DNA from: Iphione sp. A-MEVVRFRX5
Lineage: Eukaryota
Direction of reading: 5' to 3'
DNA length: 64,000 nucleotides
Assembly: GCA_976226885.1 (NCBI GenBank)
Contig: OZ320315.1
Coordinates: 59,892,001 to 59,956,000, forward strand
Positions within the stretch are counted from its first letter, which is position 1, and each line of letters starts with the position of its first letter. Below are positions 28,901-38,285 of the stretch, in pieces. The notes under the pieces are model-generated. The model searched no databases, was not told the DNA's origin, and was given only the letters and a program-made list of their open reading frames with translations. The position numbers and the translations under genes are program-made.

Positions 28901-30939
28901 TTTTACACACACGCACACACGTCTAAAATCAGATTATCGGTTTCTGCTATTGTTCACTGACACCAATATCCGCGGCCCCACCAGTGAAAGCATTTGCCTC
29001 GGATAGAAAACAGCCGCTTTTCTCACGGGACAGACCCTACCCCCTCCTCATGGATTTTCGTACTGGTAGCCCTCCCCTTTACGAACCCCTCATCCCGCAG
29101 GTACTCAGGCTTATGCTATTAGCCTGCATATATCACTCCGGAAAGCGGGCCATGTGTTAGTCTAAAATTAAATGTCGCCACCACCGGGCGTCAGAACCCG
29201 GAAAGAATACCCAGCCCTGGCCGGCTCGGATAAACGCTGTTACTACCCAAGTCTTTATTATCGTGGCATTCAGGGAGGGAGCGGTACATAGTCTACTGGT
29301 GCATGTACAAATGGGTTGGATGAATACAAAACTAGTGGGACAGCCCTCTCAATAGAAAAAGAGACCGATATAGAACCAATAACTGTGATTTCCCCATTGT
29401 CATATTTATTACCTACTCCTGTGTATTCCCTTTGTGCCAAGTTTGTTTTTTTTAATCAATGGAGTTGGGTAAATTGCAATCCACGTTTTTTACTGTGTAC
29501 TTTTTCAACTATTCATGTAGAAGATGCATTGATAGCTGTTTTTATGTAGGAGAGTCTCTTATTACATGGACGATACGGTGCTTATATATGAATTATATTA
29601 TAATCCTTGTCATATTTGATACCGAAGTATTTCCGGGTCTGATGTTGGTTTGTTGAGGCTCAGAATGGAAAGAGTGATCAAAGTAACAAGTGCTTCCTCA
29701 TCGGTATCATGTATTTCACATGCTTGATTTCTCTTAAGTCTGGGCGAGTGACACTCTGGCTACATTCTTTATTTGGAAGCATGTTGTTTGTGATGTAGAT
29801 GAGTGTGCACAGTTCATGAGAAACATTATGTAACATTCGGTCCCTACTTCGGGTTGGTGTGGGCAGGATAAAGGGTACGGTTTCTACGGTGACGTATTTG
29901 CATGACATTTCAAATCCGTACACACTGACCTGTGGATAGAAGCAGGAGCTCAACCAGTGGTTGGATACCCTTCAGAGAATCAGAAGGGAGCTGAAAACTA
30001 TTTGCCAGTTATGCGTTGAAAATCCTGCATGCACAGTACCATTTACTGGACAGGTATCACAAAACGCCAAACTCAGTGTTATCTTTGCTACCGTTTGTCC
30101 AGGTACCCTAGACATTGCTTTCTGTTTCTTTGGTAAAAGACCGCCACCATACCACAATGAACGATTTGATCAGGTTCGCATTTGTTTGATAAACCATGAT
30201 GCAAATTTACTTTTTTATGCATGAACAGAAGGGCGACAGCTTTAGTAACCATTGAATATTTCAGAATTGTTACGTTGCGTTAATTATTAGGTATAATTCG
30301 AAAGAGCAAATTCCATCTAAACGCAGTCCAGCTGGGGGTAGATAGCTAAAATGTAAAACCATCTTCACAGATTGAAATAAGGGGCCTTCCCCGAGATTGG
30401 TTTACACCTACTATTAGTCTGTTGTTAAACCCAACAGGTTTACCTCCATGGTTTCTCCATGCCATACTGTCATATTTACCCTTACCCAATTTAGGTAGTG
30501 TTCAGGGACTCTAAACACTAAAAATATGATTGAAATCATAATGAAAGCAAAGCTATTACCAAGGGTCAATAATGAAAACACATCCAGATCGCTAGATCAT
30601 ATCGTTGTGACGGAGGTACCGAAGGAGCTGACAGATATTGAGTAGTAGAGGTGGGTTTTAAAAAGCAACAGAGACCGGGGGCCCCAACTCAGTGGTTGGA
30701 GCACAGATATCCAGTATATTAGGTGTTGTTAAAGGGGGGGAGCTGTCACTACTACAATGAAATAACTCTTGAGCTACTGATGATAGCAGTTGATATCCAG
30801 GACAGTCTATTCTTTGGATTATATTATCCTACAAGTGAACACATGCATAGAATGAATAGTGAGAATGATGTAGAAAGCTTAACATTTAAAAGCAGTAATG
30901 AGGTGGATGGCAGCAAAGAAGTCCCTTAAGCTGGCTTTC

Positions 30940-31035
30940 TATATGTACTCTTTTTCCCATACTGTGTGGATGTCCGGAAAATTGGGCAATTTGCCACACC
31001 TCTTTGGAGAGGTGCTTTCCATGTATACGGGTAGA

Positions 31036-31078
<43 letters not shown>

Positions 31079-31400
31079 GAGATCTGCACTACATTATCTC
31101 CACAGTGCATGTACAGATATATTGTGTGATGTGTGTGTGCATATGCCAATCAGAAGGAATTCTGACCAAATATGTGTAAATGGCATGTTTTTTGTGCAGA
31201 TTGAAAGAAATTGCACCCAAATCTGTGTAAATGCCATGTTTTTGGTTCCAATTGGAATGAATTCTGCCCAAATCTACGTGAATGGCATGTTTTTGTATGT
31301 TTGGAAGGAATTACGACCAAATCTGTGTAAATGCCATGTTTTTTATGCAAATGATATGGAAATTACTGAATATTTTACATCATCTAATATATGTTTCGTT
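30940..31400 (+). repeat. Copy of an interspersed repeat: head, (GA)n(GACA)n, then four ~50-bp tandem units (31154-31355)
   Basis: Units like aaggaattctgaccaaatatgtgtaaatggcatgttttttgtgcagattg; the same layout recurs at ~51620-52150. Confidence 0.65.
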
Positions 31401-32053
31401 TAGTTTTTGCGTGAGTAAAAACCAACTGTATTATACTTCTAGTGTATCCGAGCTCTGGAATACGGAAAAATTTGCAGCCCAGAGCTGTTTTAAGTCTCTG
31501 GACACAACAGACAACATGCAACATGGACCCGTATACATGGGAACAGACCTGCTAAATGCTATATGATTGTTTTTTTCCAGTACACATGTAAATGGAGTAT
31601 GGGAAAAATCATGTACACATGGGAAGCCAGCCATAGTATATTTGTGTAATGTAATCCAGTACTTTATGGTAAAAGTAACAAGAAATTGACCCTCGATTGA
31701 TAGAAGCGTATAAAGCAATTCATGAAACCAGTATGTTGCTTTAGGCTAATGTCTTACGGACACATTCTTTGATATTACATTTAGGAAGCCAGAATCATTC
31801 ATCTCACCTTATTGGTTCTTGACATATTCATTCATTATGCAAACATCAGAGATAGTGCACACCATAGTACCACTCCAACACTGAGTACTAATTAGTTCGA
31901 AGGTAGGCTTCTTTGAGTAAGCGCTGGATTTAGCTACCTGCTGAGCAGTTTAAGATTGGAAAACACCCATGAGCAGGTTTCATACTTAAATGGAAAGTGG
32001 ACATATTTAGGGCAGTCTGATTAACCCTGCTTTCTTCTTCCCTTGGCATAATC

Positions 32054-32177
32054 GTACAGCCACTGAAGGGCACTGCGGTTGCAAGGTATTGCTTTACGGT
32101 GGCGCCCCCTGGTGTGTTGGCCTGCCATAGGCGCCGGGCTGTGGAGCGCCAGTGGCAGTTGCCGTTTGAATGTTACC
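32054..32177 (+). repeat. Split direct repeat A1 (124 bp)
   Basis: Matches 36256-36379 with 2 substitutions. Confidence 0.97.
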
Positions 32178-32209
32178 GAGGGCAGACGTCTACACCTGCC
32201 TGCTGTTGT

Positions 32210-32245
32210 CCGAGGCTGACCGACTGACCGAGGCTGACCGAGTGA
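32210..32245 (+). repeat. Two 18-bp tandem units in the element's 5' leader
   Basis: ccgaggctgaccgactga / ccgaggctgaccgagtga, just upstream of the gag ATG. Confidence 0.85.
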
Positions 32246-32252
32246 CCGAACA

Positions 32253-33224
32253 ATGCCCGATACTAAAGAAGGCAATGATCAGGACCCCTCCGCTGAGGGA
32301 ATACTACAAAAACTACTGGAGAAGATCCAAGACCTGGAGAAACAATTTGACCAATTCTCCAAGGAGCCTGAACAGAAGACAAAGGAAAAATCCAAACAAT
32401 CAAATCCAACGGTTGTTACAAGATCGGCAGCCGCTAAGGCGTCTACTTCCCGCCAAGACGCCCAACCGTCACCGACAACAGTTGAAGGACGGGACACAAC
32501 TAAGGAACCGTCTCCAACACCAGGCGATAACATCCCGGCACCAACAGCCATCAAAGCACAAGAAGCTGGGAGGATTCAAGAAATATTCTCGACAATGTAC
32601 CCCAAAGCCCTGGAAGCCGTCGGTAAGCAACTGGCCAAGCCAAGCCCTTCTAATTACCTTATCCTAAAGGATTCAACCAGCACTGACGTCCGTAAAGCAA
32701 CTTTTCCACAATATGTAGCTGCCACCATGTCGTTGCTCCTCGATCCCACTATTGAATATCCAGCTGAGTATAACTTACTGCTGGACCACGTCAGAGACGC
32801 GGCGGAGGAGACTCAATCTACAGGATGGGACTCAATCAAGGACTGGGTCCATGAGCTGTGGGTCACTACCACAAATGACAGACTTAAGTGGGATGACCAC
32901 CAGAGGATACAGACCCTGAAGCAGAGGTCCATATCAGCATACAACAGCAACAACCGACCCAAGTACACTCCCCCATCCAAGGACAATATGGTTCCCTGCC
33001 CTAAATGGAACTATTCAAAGTGCTCAGAACAATCCCCACATATTATTAACGATGTGTATTTCTATCACATATGCCCATACTGTTTTCTCTTATTTAATAA
33101 GCAGATGGATCACAAGGTGGATCAGTGCAGGACGAGACGCCGTACACAACCACAGCCGCAGACAGGAGGGAGACAGACACCACAACAAGAATACCGACGA
33201 CCGAGGCAGGACCCCGAGTGGTGA
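32253..33224 (+). CDS. Gag-like ORF1 (323 aa), N-terminal coiled coil and C-terminal Cys/His zinc-binding cluster
   Basis: ATG with A at -3; EGILQKLLEKIQDLEKQFDQF heptad pattern; CPKWNYSKC..H-I-CPYC..H..DQC; first ORF after repeat A1. Confidence 0.88.
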   Translation: MPDTKEGNDQDPSAEGILQKLLEKIQDLEKQFDQFSKEPEQKTKEKSKQSNPTVVTRSAAAKASTSRQDAQPSPTTVEGRDTTKEPSPTPGDNIPAPTAIKAQEAGRIQEIFSTMYPKALEAVGKQLAKPSPSNYLILKDSTSTDVRKATFPQYVAATMSLLLDPTIEYPAEYNLLLDHVRDAAEETQSTGWDSIKDWVHELWVTTTNDRLKWDDHQRIQTLKQRSISAYNSNNRPKYTPPSKDNMVPCPKWNYSKCSEQSPHIINDVYFYHICPYCFLLFNKQMDHKVDQCRTRRRTQPQPQTGGRQTPQQEYRRPRQDPEW

Positions 33225-34570
33225 ACACCAACACACAGACCTCGAAAGACCATGCACGAGTTGTTTGCACACACCCATTATGTTACGATTATCTCGATTG
33301 TCATGTTTGTATGTTTGAACAATGTAATCCCCTCTACAATGCCCCCAGAGGTGTCGTATGGCGTAATCACCTTAATCTCCTTGCTGACCGTATTATGAAT
33401 TGGCCGACACCTACTGAATGTTTCCCTGAGTATTTGGCTACCACGTATACTAGGGTAAGAGAAACGGGTCTCCCAAACCACCTGGAAGCAATGATTCCTC
33501 TTCACTCACCCCTAAATATCCCACAGTGGCAGCAGCTCCTCGATCTTCACGACCCAGCCCAGTTCATTATCCTCCAATTTATTACATACGGTTTCCCTTT
33601 AGGATTCACCGGCAGTACCATCCCGGTCTCGGATACTCATATGTACTCACTCATGGATTCTGAGCAGAAGCATGTAGATAAGTATATATGTACTGAAATG
33701 GGTTTCAGAGCCATAGCAGGTCCATTCAACTCCGACCCATTCTACCCCCACTCCTGTGTTAGTCCCATAATGACTCGCCCAAAAAAGATGTCTCCTGATA
33801 GGAGGATAATAGTGGATTTGTGTCGTAGTGGGGTGAACACGTACATTCCCCACCACAATTATTTCACAGTTCCCGCACGTGTACAGCTGCCAACCACATG
33901 TAACCTCTCAGACTACATAATGTCGTCAAACCAAACCCTTTACATTTCCTCACTAGACTTAAAAAGAGCCTATAGGCACTTTCCTGTCGACCCTTTAGAC
34001 TGGCCGCTATTAACATTTATTTCAAATGACAAGTACTTCACTGACTTATCACTCCCGTTTGGCACCAGGTTTTCATCACTCCTGCTTCAATCCATATCAG
34101 AAACAATATTAGCCAAAATAACGACTAGATTTGCACATGTGCAAGCATATGCTTACTTAGATGACTATATCTTCCTACACCACGACCACGAGTATTTGTC
34201 ACAAGTACATAATTATGCCAAGGTATTAATGTCATCACTTGGTCTGCAACTGGCCCACGATAAATGTGTACCCCCTACCACTGATATCACATGGCTGGGG
34301 GTCAGATTCCAAACTGATGAAAGAAAGATGTCCATACCTGTTGAGAAAATCTCTCAGCTGACGAGCACAGCAAAGGATGTTATGAGTAAGCGCACATTAA
34401 ATATCAAGACTTTGCAATCTCTACTTGGCCTTATTAATTTTGTAGGTAAATGCTCCCCCCCGGTCAGGATTTTCATTAATACACTCCTTGATCAATACAG
34501 GCATGCCGTCTTCGCCAAGCAAAATTATGTGCAATTGTCCCAGCAGTCTATGCTTGATCTGGTTTACTGA
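33101..34570 (+). CDS. Pol ORF2, reverse transcriptase part
   Basis: Frame open from 33101 after TAA TAA; motifs SPIMTRPKK..RRIIVDL, LDLKRAYRHFPV, LPFG, YLDDY, WLG, LQSLLGLINF. First in-frame ATG only at 33311. Confidence 0.93.
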   Translation, partial: ADGSQGGSVQDETPYTTTAADRRETDTTTRIPTTEAGPRVVNTNTQTSKDHARVVCTHPLCYDYLDCHVCMFEQCNPLYNAPRGVVWRNHLNLLADRIMNWPTPTECFPEYLATTYTRVRETGLPNHLEAMIPLHSPLNIPQWQQLLDLHDPAQFIILQFITYGFPLGFTGSTIPVSDTHMYSLMDSEQKHVDKYICTEMGFRAIAGPFNSDPFYPHSCVSPIMTRPKKMSPDRRIIVDLCRSGVNTYIPHHNYFTVPARVQLPTTCNLSDYIMSSNQTLYISSLDLKRAYRHFPVDPLDWPLLTFISNDKYFTDLSLPFGTRFSSLLLQSISETILAKITTRFAHVQAYAYLDDYIFLHHDHEYLSQVHNYAKVLMSSLGLQLAHDKCVPPTTDITWLGVRFQTDERKMSIPVEKISQLTSTAKDVMSKRTLNIKTLQSLLGLINFVGKCSPPVRIFINTLLDQYRHAVFAKQNYVQLSQQSMLDLVY

Positions 34571-35090
34571 TTTTCTACCAAATTATAATGGAGTCACTCT
34601 GATTCCTCCCCCTGCCACGGTTGACGAGATCTATTGTGATGCTTCATTTACAGGCTTAGGGGCGTACTCCAGTACCATGTATTACTCTGTCACCGTACCG
34701 CTAGAATTGTCTGCCTACCCGATATCACAGCTAGAAGCCTTTAACACAGCCCTGGCGATATACACACTACTAACTGATAGCCATGCGAATATGAGAGTAG
34801 AGGTTTTTTGTGATAACTCCGCCACAGTCTCAGTCTTGTCAACAGGGAAGACTCGTGATCCCTTCCTTTCAAAAATTGCAAGGGCAGTTTGGATGAGGGC
34901 AGCAAACAATTGTACTCATCTACTATTTACTCACAAGCCTGGTTCAGATATGATATACGCTGACGCCTTGTCCAGGCTCACTGTGTCGAGCAAGTACAAG
35001 GCTATCCACTCAAGATTCATTAGGCAGAATCCCACAATTGAAAGGGTATACCCCACTAAGGCAATAGCCTCACGTATATCATCATTTTAA
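34560..35090 (+). CDS. Pol ORF2, RNase H part, separated from RT by a frameshift at ~34559
   Basis: WFTDFLPNYNG..IYCDASFTGLGAY..ISQLEAFN..FCDNSATV..ADALSR; catalytic D-E-D-D present. Confidence 0.9.
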   Translation, partial: WFTDFLPNYNGVTLIPPPATVDEIYCDASFTGLGAYSSTMYYSVTVPLELSAYPISQLEAFNTALAIYTLLTDSHANMRVEVFCDNSATVSVLSTGKTRDPFLSKIARAVWMRAANNCTHLLFTHKPGSDMIYADALSRLTVSSKYKAIHSRFIRQNPTIERVYPTKAIASRISSF

Positions 35091-35097
35091 TTTACAG

Positions 35098-36068
35098 GTC
35101 CCCCTCTGACCGACTTGGCACACCGGGCTATCCTCAGACAGGCCCAGTCCGTCACCCCCGCGACACACACTCGTCGTATCCAGCAGTCCGAGCTAGGCAT
35201 AGCCTTTTGCCTACACTTCGAGTTTCCTATAGAGTCTCTACAGGATTATCAGGTCCTCCTGTATATAGAATATTTAGCATCTTTGGACTATACTCCTGAA
35301 GTCGTCGCCCAATATGTTTCATCACTTAAGTACGTTCTCCAGCAGAAGGACTATTCCCTAGAAGCGATTAACTCCCATAGAGCCACTACTGCCCTTAAGG
35401 CCCTGAGGCTCACATCTCGTCATGTCCCAGCACAGAAGCACCCTATCACAGTCCAGATTCTATCTCAGTTAGTTAGCTACCTAGTTCCCCTAGGCTCTCT
35501 TGGCATTACACTCAATGCCCTCTATATATTCCTTTTCTTCAGTCTCGTCCGTCAGAGCAATGTTGCCCCAAGGGTTCCCCAGAGATTCAATCCACGCACT
35601 CAGCTGACTAGGTCGGACATCCTAATTGGTAGAGACTCAGTCACAGTAACAATTAAATGGTCCAAGACAATTTCGGTATCCTCTCCGGAGGTGATTACTC
35701 TCCCTGCCCTTGATTCACCCCTATGTCCGAGAAGGGCCCTACTAACGATGCTACAGATATCACCAACTCGTTCCCCATCACAGCCCTTGTTTGTGGATCC
35801 AGTTTACCATCAAGCGTTCCCAGTGAATAAGCTCGCCTTGATTTTGAGAAAATCATTAGCCAGCCTGGGGTACACTCCTAATGACTTCTCTCTGCACAGC
35901 TTCAGAAGGGGCGGTGCCCAGGCCCTGCAGGCCATGGGGGCATCTGACTCTCAGATTTTAGCACAGGGGACATGGAAGACTTTGCCAGGTTCGGCTCAGT
36001 ACACCAGTCGTAGAATAGCATCTGCTCAAGCCGCCACGCTTATGTCCAAGCACCCCGACTTGACGTAA
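35098..36068 (+). CDS. Tyrosine recombinase ORF3, no ATG upstream of the catalytic domain
   Basis: Catalytic residues: R (LVRQSN), K (KWSKT), HxxR (HSFRRGG), W (GTW), Y (AQY). Track start is TTG; the first Met lies after the catalytic R and K. Confidence 0.95.
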
Positions 36069-36082
36069 TACCCCTATGGGTT

Positions 36083-36255
36083 TGGTGTTACCTTCAAGAA
36101 ATTGCATGTATGTTGCCTATGTTGTGCGCATTTATTCAATTTATCTGTGAATCAGTCTCAAAAGACTAAAGGATTGTGTCTATTGAATAAATATGATGTT
36201 CCTCCATGCTCTGTATTATTATTTGTGTTGAGGGGGCGCCAAGGCTAGGGCAATA
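36083..36255 (+). repeat. Split direct repeat B1 (173 bp), contains AATAAA at 36186-36191
   Basis: Matches 36690-36862 with 1 substitution. Confidence 0.97.
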
Positions 36256-36379
36256 GTACAGCCACTGAAGGGCACTGCGGTTGCAAGGTATTGCTTTACG
36301 GTGGCGCCCCCTGGTGTGTTGGCCTGCCATAGGCGCGGGGCTGTGGAGCGCCAGTGGCAGTTGCCGTTTGCATGTTACC
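36256..36379 (+). repeat. Split direct repeat A2, directly abutting B1
   Basis: Matches A1 at 122/124. Confidence 0.97.
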
Positions 36380-36543
36380 CACCCATCCCACCTCGGTCGT
36401 GGATGATATGTACCTCGATTGTCGAATTTTGTATGGTAGGAGGTAGGGCTATTAGCCTTCGGTTGTCTCACGAAATCTGGAATGAATGGTATGGCTCAGT
36501 CTCAAGAGACTAATTGATGTGATTGCTGATTGATGAGGTTTAC

Positions 36544-36689
36544 GGTGTTACCTTCAACAAATTGCATGTATGTTGCCTATGTTATGTGCATTTATTCAAT
36601 TTATCTGTGAATCAGTCTCAAGAGACTAAAAGATTGTGTCTATTGAACTATTGTCTATTGTCTATTGTCTATTGTCTATTGAACAAATA
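36544..36689 (+). repeat. Extra partial B copy (B') with a (CTATTGT)n expansion at 36648-36682
   Basis: First ~104 bp of B with a few substitutions, then 4-5 heptamer units. Confidence 0.93.
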
Positions 36690-36862
36690 TGGTGTTACCT
36701 TCAAGAAATTGCATGTATGTTGCCTATGTTGTGCGCATTTATTCAATTTATCTGTGAATCAGTCTCAAGAGACTAAAGGATTGTGTCTATTGAATAAATA
36801 TGATGTTCCTCCATGCTCTGTATTATTATTTGTGTTGAGGGGGCGCCAAGGCTAGGGCAATA
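36690..36862 (+). repeat. Split direct repeat B2 (3' end of the element)
   Basis: Matches B1 at 172/173; similarity stops after caata. Confidence 0.97.
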
Positions 36863-37512
36863 CTAAGAGAAACAGCTGATGAGTTTGGGATATATTTTGG
36901 ACAATCGACCTTTGTTGTAATGTTCACATCTTTACCTCTCAGGGACAGAGCTGGCCTGCCCAGTTTTTCTGTTTAATCAAGTACTGTTCATTTGACAGCT
37001 GTCTTGAATTCAATCTGCAGTACTCTCTTCCTTTATTTAATGATCCAGACATAAAGTTCAGGCCATAATGGAACAGTGGACTAATGAATGCCTTTAAGTC
37101 CTTTACCCTTTCATGGAATCGGAGTTATGAAACTACATCGGCAATTGAATATCTCGTCAATCTTACATGTGTTCCTATAGTTTGCATCACAGGTATCCAT
37201 GTCAGTCGCCACTGATATTTTCCAATAACTTTTGTGTTGTAACTTTGTTTTCACGCCACTCAGAAATTAAGTTCAAAAGTGTGACTTTTATATAATCCCA
37301 CACAATTATACGGTCTTACTCTCATCTATTTTGAGACGATTTTCAAGAGTCTATGTGTAGATATCTCTGACCTAGATATAAATGCACTATGTGACATGTG
37401 TGCATTATTGCTGTGGCATCTAGCAGACGTTTTGGTAAGTTATCGACTATTATGACAAATATATATATATATTTTTTCTTGTGCCACCAGAGTCATCCAT
37501 GCGTCTGTATAC

Positions 37513-37995
37513 CTGGTGGCATACAGAATGCCCAAAAACCTGAGGGATTATCTGGTCAGAGCTAGAATCCCAGTCAGGACAAACCGTATAGACACATTAA
37601 CAATAAATGCAGTACATGAACATGCAGATATTGTTCGTGTCTGAACAAAAGCAAATGTTCTTACACTGAGAGATCCTACATTGCAAAATACAATATCTCA
37701 TGCAAGAGTTCAAACCTCATTTACTGCATAACATGTTTGAGATGTAGTACATAGTATGTAAGGCAAACGAAGATTTATGGATAGATTCCGGGGCCACTTT
37801 GGTAATATAGCCGGAGGAGGCATTCGATCCCATGTGGCAAATTATTTTGCCCACTCTGACCATCATGGGATGAATGATATTGAAATCCATATAGTAGATT
37901 TCATCCACACCCTGAGAGTAAAAGGGCCAATTCAGCTGGATCCAGACTCCATAGTACAGCCCAAATGGGACTAAATATTATCGATTCTAAGTATG
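37513..37995 (+). mobile_element. Second Penelope-like GIY-YIG remnant, more decayed
   Basis: LVAYRMPKNLRDYLVRA; TCRYCSCLNKS..YNISCKSSNLIYCITCLRCST*YVRQTK; DRFRGHF..IHIVDFIH; GLNIID. Contains stops and frameshifts. Confidence 0.85.
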
Positions 37996-38253
37996 GTTGA
38001 ATGTGGACTGTAACAATAAGCATTTGCCTCGTCAAAATTTTTTTAGTCCAGCTTATTATACACCAGATACAATCATATTTATTGGGTGATAACATGCCAA
38101 ATACAGTGGATACTATGATATAAACTAATAGCATCTACCTAAGAGCTTAATATATGGCCCATTCTCTGCAATAGGCATATGTGGAGTGCCATGAACCCAT
38201 GCAGATAAAGTCAATACATGTATATGTTATTGACACTTTGAAAAATCACGATG

Positions 38254-38285
38254 TGATGCCTGAAGAGATATTTTTAAAACCGTGG
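38254..38285 (+). other. Remnant of a hammerhead core in the tail of the second PLE
   Basis: tgatgcCTGAAGAg is identical to 9714-9727 and lies at a similar distance after the endonuclease; stem II is lost. Confidence 0.4.

Larger units (their letters stand above)
32054..36862 (+). mobile_element. Ngaro-type tyrosine-recombinase retrotransposon (DIRS order), near full length
   Basis: ORF order gag, RT/RH, YR; no methyltransferase domain after RH; split direct repeats A1..B1-A2..B2; no inverted terminal repeats and no target-site duplication seen. Confidence 0.95.
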
